Shown here: positions 12,810-25,968 of the stretch, in pieces
Numbering within the stretch: position 1 is the stretch's first letter
Layout: each line of letters opens with the position of its first letter
Source: Lama guanicoe
Taxonomy: Eukaryota
NCBI GenBank assembly: GCA_013239625.1
Contig: MU054220.1
Location: 3,783,374-3,847,373, forward strand
Length of the DNA stretch: 64,000 nt
Reading direction: 5' to 3'
Made by a program: the position numbers and the translations under genes
Notes under the pieces: generated by a model
Database searches by the model: none
What the model was told of the DNA's origin: nothing
The model's input: the letters and a program-made list of their open reading frames with translations, nothing else

Positions 12810-12975
12810 TAGAACTTAGTGAGTCCCTACTGTGCACCAGGCACCTCCCTATGCACATGATGAGCTCAAGCTCATCTCATGGTTACTAGGACCTCAGAGA
12901 GGTTGAGTTATTTGTCCAAGGTCACACAGCTGGGAAGTGGCCAGGTTGAGAATTTGAACCCAGGCCTACTGATCT
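12810..12975 (-). mobile_element. MIR SINE
   Basis: ctcagagaggttgagttatttgtccaaggtcacacagctgggaagtggc...atttgaacccagg. Confidence 0.85.
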
Positions 12976-13617
12976 GCAAAGTACACGCTTTTTGCCCTGG
13001 TTAGGCCTGCCTAGCTTTGGAGGACAGAACCTGCTCCACCCCGGAGGCCCAGCTGGTGGCGACCTGGGAGGCTTATTTTGATTAATTACGGAGAGAGGCG
13101 TGTCTACCAGATGCAGCGTGGAGAAGTAGACCGATGGAGACACATGGTGCTGCTGGCCCTGCCCACTCAAGGGGTAACCGTGACAGTTGTCATCCCAGGA
13201 AGTGAGCTGACCCTTCTTCTCTCCTCCTGGGGGTTCCTCATCTCACTCACAGCTGTCTTCATCAGGGGGCTTGTCAGCACACCAGTACAGTGCTGTGATT
13301 CACTCACTGAATAAATGGTTGGAGATAAAGACAATGTTTTTTTAAAGAGTATAAATACAGTACATGCCATCAAAGAGTTTATCACTGGAAGATTAACTGG
13401 GCTTGTATCTCTGACTCCATCTCCAAGGCTAATTGAAGGGTGTGCTTTCTCCCCACTCCCATCTTTTCTCACATCCTCTGAGTGGTGCTGAGTGCCTCGT
13501 GGAGGCGGCTACAAACCCAAACATCAGATTATGTCAATAAACATCAAGAGACACAATCTCCCAGTTGGACAGCCACCAGCAGAAAAGCGGTGGCTACAGT
13601 GTGAGAAGGCTCAGGCT

Positions 13618-13645
13618 TGTGTGTGTGTGTGTGTGTGTGCGTGTG
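13618..13645. repeat. (TG)n microsatellite
   Basis: Read directly. Confidence 0.9.
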
Positions 13646-13844
13646 CATGCACTTGTGTATTTAAAACATGACCAGGGAAGTAGAGGTATTTAAACGGCAT
13701 TTGCAAAACAGGAAGTCTGTTATTTAGGGGTGTGAGACAGATATTAACCAAATTCTTTAATTATAAATGCCTGCTCATTTAGTAATATTAAGAAATGATA
13801 GTGCAGGACACATCTGCCTAATCCTTTAAAATTTAAGGAAAGTG

Positions 13845-14359
13845 GTATAAACTCAAAAGATTTGAAAACAAGTACTCAAGTCTATGTACACGCATGCTCA
13901 TAGCAGCACTAGTCACAACAGCCAAAGGGTGGAAATAACCCAAAGCCCATCAATGAATGAATGGATAACAAACTGTGGGATACCTATCCCAAGGAATATT
14001 ACTCAGCCATGAAAAGGAATGAAGTACTGATACATATTACAACACGGATGATCCTCGAAAATATTACGCTAAGTGAAAGAAAGGTTACATATTGTATGAT
14101 TCCATTGCTATGAAACATCCAAAATTGGTAAATCTATTGAGAGAGAAGGCAGATTGAGGAACTGGGTGACGAGGGGATGGAAAGAAATGCTTAGTGGGTA
14201 AGAGGTTTTACTTTGGAGTGACAGAAGCGTTTTAGAACAAGATAGGTTATCGCACAAGATTGTCAATGAACGAATGTCACTGAGAATGACTTATGAAAAT
14301 CTTTATTTCATGTTACATGAATTCCACCTAAATAAATTTCTTTTTTAAAAAAAGAAAAC
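13845..14359 (+). mobile_element. 5'-truncated L1 (L1MB-like 3' end)
   Basis: catagcagcact...cagccaaagggtggaaa...gaatggata...aaaaggaatgaagtactgatacat...gctaagtgaaagaa; A-rich tail; possible degenerate TSD aaaatttaaggaaag / aaaattaagggaag. Confidence 0.85.
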
Positions 14360-15289
14360 AAAATTAAGGGAAGCCTGAGCTTTCCCAATGATAAGAAGGT
14401 GGCAGGTTTATGAGTCAGGAGTTCAGGATCTACTCTTGCTCAATCTTTTTCTAACCCTGGAACCTAAGGTGATCACTTTGGTGCTCTCTCGGCCTCAGTT
14501 TCCCCCTCTAAAGAATGGGGCCTGCCGGGCTGTGTGGGGGTTCAGCAGATTCTAGACAGGGAAGTGATTTTGAAAATGTAAGACATATTAAGTACACATT
14601 GAGGATGAGGACTGATGGGCCAGTTACTGTGCTGAGAATTTATTGCCATTTTTTTCTCATTTAATTCTCATAACAAATCCATTTGACAGATGAGGCACCT
14701 GAGGTTCAGAGCTAGACTCAGATTTCAAGCTGAGTCTGCTCTAACCATAATGCCACACTGCCTCACCCGCATCCTACTTACTCCCGTTGTTCAGGAGAGG
14801 TGGCTAATGCCGTGCTCAGAGCATCTCCAGATAGACACCAAGAACAACTCCCTCCAGATTCACGAATTCCCCTCAGCTGCACACTGATGTTCTGCATGGG
14901 GCAAAGAGCTGGGTCATTCTTCCCCACATCCCACCCACCAGCTGCACCTCTGGGCCTGACGCTCTTTGCTCCTCAAACAGCTTCTTCCTGACTCCTTGGC
15001 ACCCACTGATGTGAATTTCCCTGAAAGTGAACTTAAAATTCAAATCCTTTCATTACAAAAACAACATCATCAAACACTCTCCATGGACCAAGTGCCATGC
15101 TGGGTTCTGGGGATGTAGAACCGAGTAAGCCCAGGCCTCAGCCTCAAAGAACTCACAGTGGTAAAAATAGGAAAATAAACAAGTACTCCCCAGTATCATA
15201 AGCTCAGTGATACACATCTGTTCAGGGTATGCTGGGTGCACGTTAGGGGAATTCATGGGAAATTCAGTGTGGCGAGCTGTTAAGAAGGC

Positions 15290-15485
15290 AATGTCTGGTT
15301 CTGATCCTGCTTCTAGCACAGCTGTGTGACTACGGGCAGGTCACCTAACCTCTCTGTGCTTCACTTGCAAAATGAGGTTAATTGTACCTGCCTCAAAGGG
15401 TCATACTGAGGATTAAATAATTGAGGTCGTGTGAAGTCCTAAGAACAGGGCCTGACACAGGGTAATTGCTACTCAATTAGCATTA
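15290..15485 (+). mobile_element. MIR SINE
   Basis: agctgtgtgactacgggcaggtcacctaacctctctgtgcttca...tacctgcctca...gaggattaaat. Confidence 0.85.
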
Positions 15486-17610
15486 TGTCTCATTATTATT
15501 ACCATGATCTCAGTGAGGGTAGGCCTGGGAAGGGGTTAAGGCACAAAGTTCAGACAGACACCTGGTAAACCACAACAGATCCAAATGCCAAACTAACTCA
15601 GGCCTGTTTTCAAGGGAAAGTCCACGTGCAAATGTGAGTCTTGTATGAATAAGGGCAATCAGCAGTTATCACAACCCTGGTGAAAGAGATGTAGCCCAGG
15701 AGACTGTCCACAAATTCAGATCTACTGAGAAGTGAGAATATCAATTTCCAAGAAACGTCAAATCATCTCTCCCCCTACTGCGTAGCTGCCAAGCCCCGGG
15801 GAGTAATTTCATGTTCAAATTGCTTTCTAATCCCGTGAGATTGCATCCCCATCCGCCATGGTCTCTAGGGGATGCAGTTCAACAATTTTACTGGTTTCTA
15901 TGCTGCAGAGAAATTTGAAAGCCACAGATCAGGTGATGATCCCCAGTGTGTCCTTTCTAGAAAGACAGATGAAATGAAGAGCACAAGCCTGTGGGACACC
16001 TTCACCGAGGGGCTCCTTATGTACAAAGAGGTGTAGGATTTTCTGATCAATTTCCTCTTTCTCCTCCTGTTCCAGGTCTGTCCATCACCATAGCTGTTCT
16101 CTGGATCCATGTTCAGAAACACCCACCCCTAGGGCAGTAGGAGCAGGGCGCTGGAGCAAGACAGTGGAGGTTTCCATCCCTCCCTCCACCTCTTCTAGTT
16201 ATAAGGTCAAGTTACCTCACCTCTCTGAGCCTCAGTGCCCTCATCTGTAAAATGTGCAAAAAATAAATAACTTTTCCCATGGAGTTTTTGCCAGCATAAT
16301 AAAAAATTCAAGTGAAGCACCGGGCACAGAGTAATAGCTTAAAAAAAGAAAAAAAAAGAACAACAGCAAATCAAACCAAAGCCTCCTGAATTACTCAGTT
16401 TCTTCTCCTGGCCCCATTCCAGCCTCGGAACTGCAGGAGGCTGCCTCCCAGGACCACTCCCCAGGGTGAAGCATCCAAGTACCCTCCAGCTCAGAGCCCT
16501 GGAACTCAGCCAGCCCCACAATGCCCCTCTCTTGGCGTCTGGGTCTGTCTTCCAATCTGGATGCCACTGGAAGCCACATCCAGCCCATACCAGCTTTCTC
16601 TCTGTGCCCACTGCTCCACAGGGATGGTCCCTGCTGTGCCCCGAGATGGGGAAACTGATGTTTGACGGCATTAAGTGACTTTCCTGAGGTTACCAGGCCA
16701 GTAGGTGGTGCAGCCGAGATTCAAACCCAGGTATGAATGCCGAACTCTCCAATCCACTCAACTGGTGTCCACCAAACTTGAGTCGCTCCTATGACCTCAT
16801 CACAATATTTGCAATATCCACACCCACTGTCTACCACCTTCCTTCACTCATTTTACCTTATCTATCTCCCACCAGAGCTCTGCTTTACTGAATCTTGTTC
16901 TTTCAAGTGATTTAAAGCCAACCTATTTTTCCAACCTAACCTTGTCTTAAGCAATACTATCCAGGAAACCATGAACTGCATGTGTTAAATATATTTTGAC
17001 TAATACTCATTCAAATAACTACGCAACCACTAAAATGAAAAGTGCTCCAGTTTATGGAAGTTCCACCCAAAATCATCTAACATGTCCCAGGCTGCTGACT
17101 GCTGGTGTCCTTCCTCCCCGCTCCGGAAGCACTGAAGGAACTAGCCTCCCAAAGTTCTGTTTGATTTAGATCTGCCAAAGGTTTCTTGGATTATCCAGCC
17201 AATATTCCAATCATTGTTGGACTGAGAGTCTGTGGAATCAGAAAGTATTCCTCCCGTCCCAAGACAAGTTAGACAGATTCTTACAGTGAAACAAGCAACA
17301 TAGAAAGGATAGCTTTGACATTTTTCTTTAGACATCCAAGGAAGTTTGAGGATGTCTAATGCAAACGCCACAGATATAGTTAATTGAGCAGCTACTGGCT
17401 TCTTGGAACCCGCCCGGCCCCCAACAGGCCCAGTGCAAGTTCAGCAGACATGGGCTTGTTATGAATGAAGCTGACAAGTCCAAAACAGTGTCTTTCTTAT
17501 CTTTGGAGGCCCCTTCCCTAGCACTCTGCACCCCACAGGCACTCAAGAATTGTTTATGAACTACATATATTGAATTTCATAAAGTGTAACGACTCTTTAA
17601 AGGAGGAAGA

Positions 17611-18034
17611 TGTATTGTGTTGAACAGTGTTCCCCCCAAATGCATGACTCAGAATGTGGCCTTATTTGGAAAAAGGGTCTTTGCAGATGTAATTAGGATG
17701 AGGTCATGCTGGCTTTGGGAGGGTGCTAAATCCAATGATTGTATCCTTCTAAGAGGAGAGGAAACACAGAAAAATAGACAAACAGAAGGAAGACAGAGGC
17801 AGAGATTGGAGTGATATAGCTACAAAGTCAAGGAACCCGGAAACTGCCAGCAACCACCAGAAGCTGGAAGAGGCAGGAAGGAGTCTTCCCTAGACCCCTA
17901 GATAGAGCAGGTCCTTTGGGGGCACCTTGATTTCAGACTTTCATCTTCCAGAAATGTGAAAGACTATGCTTTTTTTGTTTGTTTATGGCACTCAGTTTGT
18001 GGTAATTTGTTATTACAGCCCTAGGACTAATACA
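17611..18034 (+). mobile_element. MaLR solo LTR (MLT1C-like)
   Basis: TG...CA ends; ccttatttggaaa.agggtctttgcagatgtaatta, gccagcaaccaccagaagct, tttgtggtaatttgtta...ctaataca; 5-bp TSD gaaga/gaagg. Confidence 0.9.
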
Positions 18035-19479
18035 GAAGGCGAGTACAGATACCCAGAGAGAGCACTAAGTTAAGTCCCATGTTACTTAATCTCAGATCTG
18101 GGACTGGAACTCAAGCTTCCCAGGCTGGGTCTTCATCTCACCTCAAGAGGAGCAGTAGCTTCCTAGAAACCAGCAGCCAGCACACAAGGTAGGCAGATCC
18201 TACCTCCATCCTTCCCTAATTTGACTTGAACACTGGGAAAATTGTTGACACCATATTGCCTGGGTGAAAGCAGCTTTTTATTTTTTGTCACTTATGCATC
18301 ATGAAGAGCTGTGAAAAATGGCCAGAAAGGCCACCTGTCATTAGCCAAGCCTCTCTGCGTGTTCTCTCTGGCTGTCTGGACAGATGTGCACGTCCTTGGC
18401 TCCCACTTAGAGCTGGATTTTAACTCTGCCAAGAAGCCCCACCCAGGCATTGATCAGAACCAACTTTTATGAAAAGCAATAACCAGAGCAGTTCCTTCTG
18501 GGAGGAAAATGTCCAGCTGCTTCAGCCTGTGGTTTAGGAGGACCCACTCCCACTATCAAGATGCCCGGCAGGCACTCTCCATGCCTCCCACAGGGTGGCT
18601 GCGGTTTTCGCTGCTAAATGCAGCTGGCCAAAAGGTCTATTACTTCTCCATAAACTGATTTCTTCCCCCTGAGCCTTTCCCAGGCACTTCCGTGGCTGGG
18701 CTGGTTGCTTACCCCACTTAAACACCCCGGGCTGTTTTTATAGCTCTAACCTCCATCCCAGAAATCAGCAGGGGGTGGGGTAGAGAAGTTCTCTTGTTTT
18801 TTTCTTCTTCCTATTTTCCTCTGCCCTGCCCTACCACACTCATCCCACCCCTCCTCCGCAGAAATGCAGTCCATGTTTTGTTTTAGTCTGGGGTTTGTAA
18901 ATGCCTTTGGACTTGGAAGGAAAATGTAGATCCAAATCTTAAAGACAACCACATCATTGACTGCAAGCATGGCAGCTGCCAGAGAGGAGCTCTGAAACTT
19001 CAGCCTGCGAAGAATCACTCCTGCACACTGGTCTACGAATACTGGTTAAGAGGGTTTGGAGGGCTAGGCTTAGTGCTGAGATGAACACGGCATCTCTCTT
19101 CCTTCCCTCCGTTCCTCCCTTCCTTCTATCCATAAATGCTTGTTGAACTCTTCTATTACCAGACCCGGGGATGCATTCTGGGTCCACAGGGGTAAAAAGG
19201 AACTGATGTGGCCCCTGCCTTGTGGCCGTAATGAAGTCAAAATCTAGAAGCAGAAAAAGTTAAAGAAGCCGAGTAAAGATGAGTAGCAATGTAATAAAGA
19301 CCATACAGACAGGCTTTGGGCTGGCAACATTCTACCCTTATTTTCAAGCCTTAATAAATGCTAGTGGAACTTGCATTTAAGAGCTTAGAGAATACCACTA
19401 GAATGGAATTCTGATGTAGGAAGGGTGATGGAGAAAGAATCATAACTTCTCTGCCCAAAGCTGAGTTCGTCATCTCCCT

Positions 19480-20295
19480 GGCCTCTCCAACTAGCTCTTT
19501 CCCCAGCCTCTTAATTCCTGTTTTCCTTAGCAGCCCCAGCAATTTCCTAGGTACCTCAGGTCAAAGACTCAGAGACATCGTCATTTCTGCTCTTGCCCCT
19601 TCCAGTTGGTCCCAAAGTCCTACAGACTCTTCCCCTGCATCTGCCCCCTTATCTCTACCACATTGTCCCAGCTCCACTTGACACCTGCATCTTCTATGGC
19701 TTGGACCACTGCAGTAGACAAGTTGTTCCAGTGTCTCACCTCTTCAGTCCATCTTCTACACTTCTTATCAGAGCAAGACCCCCCCAGACCACTGGTTTGA
19801 TCCAAAACCTTCAAAGGCTGAAGATAACTGAACAATTCAGTCCAGATTCAGAAATCAAGGACTTCTATAATTTGGCTCCAACCTATCTTTCCAATTTAAT
19901 ATTTCACTCCTCCTCTACATTTTCCCAGAATTACCACCAAAAGAGATCATTCCTTCTTTGCTGAAAATATACACACCATGCTTTCCCACGTCAAAATGCT
20001 GCCCCACCACCTGAAATGCCATCCTCCCAACCCCAGTCCTTCAAGGCCACCTCAATAAAGACTTTCTCAACCCCTCTCTCACTTTTGTCTTCTAAAAGCC
20101 TTCACTATCCTTAAGGATTTTGCTTCTGATACCATTCATACCCTACTTAGTGTTATAGTCTGTAATTACTCCCTTTATTTTCCTATGGGACTAACTTCCT
20201 AGGGGACAGACACCTGGCCTTATGGACAGCTGAATACCTTTTAATGCCCAGTAGGGCCTTGAAAACATTGGGTACTCAATTAATGGGTGGTGAAT
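19480..20295 (+). mobile_element. Degraded L2 fragments
   Basis: Pyrimidine-rich L2-like blocks ending in tactcaattaatg..tgaat. Confidence 0.5.
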
Positions 20296-20522
20296 AAAAA
20301 TACCTCCACCATTCCTCTCCCCATACACTCACTGCCTCCACCGCTGTCCCCGACCATAAAGATGTCAGTATACCAGTTGACTATAGCAGTTTGAGGTCAA
20401 AATAATAACATTTAAACATATTATATAAAATAACATTAAAATTAATGTTTGCTATCAACATTTAAATAATAAGATGAAAATATAAACAATAATTAAATTA
20501 ATAGGTTAGTGCCTACTCAGGG

Positions 20523-21111
20523 TGAGGCAGGAAGCCCCATAAAAAGACCGGCAGGACCCCCAGGCAGGGCCACTACTCTCCTGCCAGCACCATCCGGTTC
20601 CCTGGTCCAGAGGCTCTATCTCACTTTTTGCCTCTGAAACAGCTTACTTACACCTAAAATTCTATTGGTTCCCTGAGCTCACTCCTGATTGGTTATTTCC
20701 TTCACTCCTGATTGGTTATTTCCTTCACTCCTGATTGCTTCATTTCCCTAACTTCTGTTTGGTCCTTTTGTAGTACTTCATTTGCATGGAGCTCACTCCT
20801 GATTGGTTATTTCTCTGCCTCCTGATTGGTCCATTTCTACAAAGCTTGTTCTTAATTAGTCAACTTTCCTTATACTTCATTTACAAACGATGTTGCAAAG
20901 TGTAAACTGGCAGCCTATAAAAGCCAGTGTAAACCTACAGATGGGGTCCAGAGCTTGGAATGTTAACTCCTCTGGGCCTGCTGGCGTAATAATCCTGAGT
21001 TCTCCAACTCTCCGAGTGCTGCTTGGTCTCTCGCCCGGATCCAGGTTGCTGTCACAACTGAGCTGTAACAACGAGCTATAACACTGAACTGTAACACATT
21101 TTTCCGCAACA
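20523..21111 (+). mobile_element. Solo LTR of a class I (ERV1-type) endogenous retrovirus
   Basis: TG...CA termini, perfect 4-bp TSD AGGG (20519-20522, 21112-21115), U3 tandem inverted-CCAAT repeats, TATAAAAG at 20916-20923, 3' repeats gagctgtaaca. Confidence 0.9.
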
Positions 21112-21303
21112 AGGGGAGACCTTCCCTAGTAAAGTCCTCAGTGTGATTTTCTTTCCTCATTTCTTCTTCCCTCCCACTATTTTGGGAACCAGTCTAGACA
21201 AACTGAGGTCCCCCTACTTTCTAGCTAGATGCTGGAGTTCTCCCCAACCTATAGCCCCAACATGTTGCCCCCCAGCTGCCTCTCCCCCAGGTTCTGACAG
21301 AAA

Positions 21304-21331
21304 GTGTGTGTGTGTGTGTGTGTGTGTGTGT
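21304..21331. repeat. (TG)n microsatellite
   Basis: Read directly. Confidence 0.95.
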
Positions 21332-21894
21332 ACAATGACCAACCCCCACCAGGTCCTTCTGGGAGAGGGGGGCAGTCCTGACTCTATTCCTCTGGACCCT
21401 TGGCTCCTACTTTGGCCCCTGTAATCCACTCTCCACACAGCAGCCAGAGATTTATTTAAAATGCAAATTAGAACCTGGAGCTCCTCTGCTTAAAATCCTC
21501 TGAAGGTTGCTCATTGCGCTTAGAATAAAACCCAAACTCTTCAAAGCCTGTGCCTCTACCCCTGTCTCCTGTCACTTAATCCCTCAGTGCTCACCCCCCT
21601 ACCCACACAGCTACACTGAAATTTGCTTCTCTGGGTCTGTGTTTGCTGTCCCCTCTCCTGGAGGGTTCCAGACCCATGAAGAACCCCCAGAGTCCTGCCC
21701 AACAACAGTGTTCCCAAACAACACCCCCTCTACTGCCTTCTCCACCTGCTGAGGGACCTTCCCCCATTCAGAATGAGGCAGCTCCAAGACCCACAGGGGA
21801 CTTTACATAGCAAAGGGAGAGAGTAAGACCTCTGTCTTTGTCCAATACTTTCCTGGGTGCTAAGGATGAATTATCATCAAGGGTTTCAAGTTGA

Positions 21895-22090
21895 GAGCTG
21901 GGCACTGAGACCTGGGTTCAAATCCCAGTTTTACCTCTTATAAGCTGTGTCGTCTGGGCAAGTTATCTTTCTGGGCCCCAGTTTCCTCATGAATAAAACA
22001 GGAATAAAGATAGGCACTCATCTTTGGATGGGCATCAAGATGACCTCATCAACGAGACACTGCCTTATACACAGGGCACTGTGTACACGC
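21895..22090 (+). mobile_element. MIR SINE
   Basis: agacctgggttcaaatcccag...agctgtgt...tgggcaagtta...cagtttcctcat. Confidence 0.85.
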
Positions 22091-25000
22091 AGCAGTACTG
22101 CTGCCCCTAGAGAACTTCTACCAGACCAGGGCTCTCTGCAGCTTGCCGTGCCCTGGGCTTGCTCAGAAAGAGCACGTGTCTAAATGGCACCTGATCATCC
22201 CACAGACCTCGTCCCTCTGGCACAGAGCTGGCACCTTCACCCATGAAACTTCCTTCCCTCTCAGCCACATCAGGCCCCAGATCTGCAGAGGGACAAACAG
22301 CTCTCAGAACTGTAATGGGGCTTGGGGTGGGTGAAGGGCCTTGGCCCTAAGTCACATGGCAGCAAGAGACCAAGCTGGACTCCAATCTGGAGTCCAGTTC
22401 CTGGAGTGGTAGACAAAGCAGGTGGCCCCCAGCACTGGTGGCTCCTGGAATACGTCTTCGAGTGGGTCCGCCTGCTCTGAACCAAGGCTCAGCACTCTGT
22501 AGACCTCTTTCCTGGGGACCACTGCAGCCGAGTGTCTCCCTTGTTTGAGGAGATGGTGGGCGTGGGACTTTGGGAAACATAGTAGGGGCACTTCTCCTTT
22601 GTAGTGAGAGTCAAGTCACAAAGAAAAACCTTTCATGGGAGGAAAGTAGCGTTTCCCTAAAGCCCGGGACCCAGAGAAGTGGCCTAATTCAGATCGCTCC
22701 TTTAGATAATCAAGGCACCAACCGCCCTGCTTCGTGATGGTGGCCAAGAAGGTCCAGGGAGGCTAAATGATGCTCCCATGGCCACTTAGTGCACAGTAGG
22801 GGGACAGGAAGCAACAAGATGATTCACCTGCCTGGATGCAGCACTCAGTATGTGCCAAGCGCCTAGAATCATAAGGATGGTTATTCTACAGGTGAAGAAA
22901 TGGAGGCTTGAGCAGGTCAGAGACTCCCCCAAAGTCAAGGGGAAAACTGAATCTGGGCTTCCTCTGTCTTCCCCACACTCAGCCACTGCCCTGAGGCATC
23001 CAGCCCATGGAGATATTTACTATTTTCTCCACCATCCTCCACCAAGTCCCAAAGCTGGGGAGGTTTCTCCAGATGCGGTATCATGCTATTTTATTGCACA
23101 GGTATTTACTGGCTGCCTTCTGTATGCCCGGCTCTGTGCTAGCAGACACGGATGCACAGTCAACAAGCCAGCCCAGAAGCACACAATCTATGGAAAGACA
23201 GATATAAACAAATAATAAAAAGAACTGTGAGCTATCCTAGGTCCTGTGGAGGAAGCAAAGAAGGACTGTGGAGGAGATTGGTAATCTAATATTTTCATTC
23301 AGAGATGGCTTTTCTGAGGAGCGAACATTTAGTTTATGTTCTAACTGATGATTGTGGAAATTTTCAAACTTATACACAAACAGAATACCACAATGAACCC
23401 CCGTGGACCAATCTCGCAGCCTCAACAATCCTGCCATTCTTATTCTGATGATATTTAAAAATAAATAAGTTATCATAAGTAGTTTGAAAAGCGTCAGACT
23501 GGGGTTTAGAAGATCTGAGCTTTGGTTCTAGTGCTGCCCTTGGCCGGCTGTGTGGGCTGGGGCTGGACGTAGGTCAGGCCCCCCAAGCCCAGGCGGGGCC
23601 CCTGCATGGTAGAGAGCCATTGCACCTTCTGGAAGTCTCTGTTCCCAGGAGACAGCCTCGTGCCTCTGGAGGGAAAGCTCTGCTGTTGGCTCTGATTTAA
23701 GAGCTGACAGATGGCCTGAGAAGTCCTAGCCTGTACTCATCCCCAGTCCTGGGAAGCCACCCTCTCTGGGAGGGGACCGCAGGTGGCCTGGGGGATATCT
23801 AGCCCAGGTAGGGAAACCAGAAACTTCCACAGGCAGGGGTCATCCAGAGTGCTGCTGGGCAGCCCAGGAGGAGGCTCCTTGGGGAGATCAGTCATACACG
23901 TGCTTTAAGCCAAGCTTTCCAAATGCCACACAAAAACAAGCCCATGGGTCGGTCACTAAGGGCCCTGGACCAAGAAGCTGGTTCTCACAGATAGAGGGGC
24001 TCATCTGGATGGGGTGCTGGTCTCTTTCATTAACTTGGCTTCCAGCACACATGTCGTGTTGACGCTGAGCAGAGGGCTCAGCTGAAATTCAGTTGAGCCA
24101 GAAGAGGTTCTAATTCCAGATCTGCTAGATCCCCAAGCCCTGGGGCCTCTGGCCATTCCTTTCAACTCTTTGAACCTCAGTTTCTCCATCCTCAGAATGG
24201 GCACTGTAATTCCCGCATGGTCATCCTGAAGATTGTGATTCGAAGGAGTATCATTAATCTTAAAGCCTGGGCCCTGGGGAGAGGCTGTTTTGGTGGCAAA
24301 GACCATGCATGGCTCACAGTCGCTCACCAGGCATTCTGATAAAGGCAGGGGATGGCTCAGTGCAGCTCTGAACACAGCCTGCCTGGTCTCGAATTCTGGC
24401 TCTGCCACTTGCTGACTGTAACCCTGAGGGGGAAGGAGCATCACTCCTCCTGCCTAGTTTCCTTGCCGGCAGGAAGGGAGTGATAGTAACAGCTACCTCC
24501 CGGGGTTGCTGTGCTCACACAGATCATGGCTGGCACGTCATGACACTCCATAAATGCTCCTCCTGATAACAAGCCTGGCAGTGGGCATCTGCCCTTCCCC
24601 CACCACAGTGCCTCCTCTGCTCTCCCACACTTGGAGGGGCCAACAGATGTTTGTGGAATCGGAATGCAATTGCATGGGGGTTGGGGAAACCTAATGGAAG
24701 GACTGGCTGATCTAATAAAACCGCTCTATCCGAGGCTGGTGCTGTGTTGTGTCTGTGTTGTTCGGACCTTGGCTGTGCGTTGTACAAGGGCAGTGGGATG
24801 GGGTAGGGGTGGAGTACAGGCTCCTGGGGCCAAGAAAACCCCTCTCCCCGCCAGAAATACCGGTTTAGTCTGGTTTTCCAAGGGGACAAGGTTCAGGGAG
24901 GTCCTGGGCAAGGCTGAGGAATGTTCCATAGGCCCCTTGGGGAGAGGGCAGGAGGGGTCTACAGCCTCACAAGGGTCCCATTGTGTCCTCTCCTCACTGC

Positions 25001-25968
25001 AGACTCTACAGTGGCCCAGTCTCTGGGGAGCTCCCAGAAGAACAAAAAGCTAAGGGAGGGGAAAGGGTGAGGAGGGGCAAGCAGAGGCTGGGACGGAGCC
25101 TGAGAGAGGGGGCAGAGGAAGGGGCACCATAGGCCAAGTCACGGAGGCCAGGGGGTGGGAGGTGGGGCTTCCCTGCACTGGGCTCCAGTCAACCCAACCC
25201 AATGAGGGGTGGGGGAGACTGGAAAAGCAGGAGAAGGCCAAGCCTGGATGGGGCTGAATAAAAGTCCTTTATTTGTCTTAATATCCCTTAAATGCACAAA
25301 CTTGAAACCCTAAACCCTCTCTCTCTATTTCCTTTGGATGTGGCTGTGCCTGGCAGAATGCTCCCTCTTGCCTGAGCTCCTGACCAAAATTATACCAGTT
25401 TCCTGTTTAAAAGTCTCCAATTCCATGGCCTTCTGAGATGCTTAGCATCAGCTCTGGGATGGCTGGGGGCAGGGCGGGGGGTGGGCTTCCCAGCAAGCTA
25501 CCAACGCAGACACCAAATTGGGGGCCCCCAGGGTCAGGGATGGTTGGGGGAGGGTACCCAGCCCCTAGCAGGATAGGGTAGTGGTCAGGCTCGGGGAGGG
25601 GATGCTGTGGGACCTTCCTGAGATTACATCCTGGTTCTGCTACTTCCCAGCTGTGCGATCTTGGGCAAGCCACTGCCAAGTTTTGCGTTCCCCATCTGTA
25701 AAATGAGGATGGCAGCGACGGTATCCATGTCACAGGGCCCTTACAAGCTCTAAATGAAAGACGCATGGGAGCTGCTGACCACAGCGCCCGGTCCAGGCTG
25801 TGACTGAGGAAGGAAGGGCCGTGATTATGATGCTAATGATGGCGCCATCTTCAGAATACTCCTCAACCACAGAGTGATTTCCCAGGAGCTAAGTGTGGGA
25901 GGCACTGTGCCCCTTGACCCTCTTCAGTGACAGCCAGCAATTGAGCAGATATCAGGGGAGCTGGCCTG

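Noticed and set aside
20660..20860. Regularly spaced 23-bp repeats resembling a CRISPR or other array system
   Set aside because: Units are contiguous with no unique spacers and lie in the U3 of a retroviral LTR in mammalian DNA
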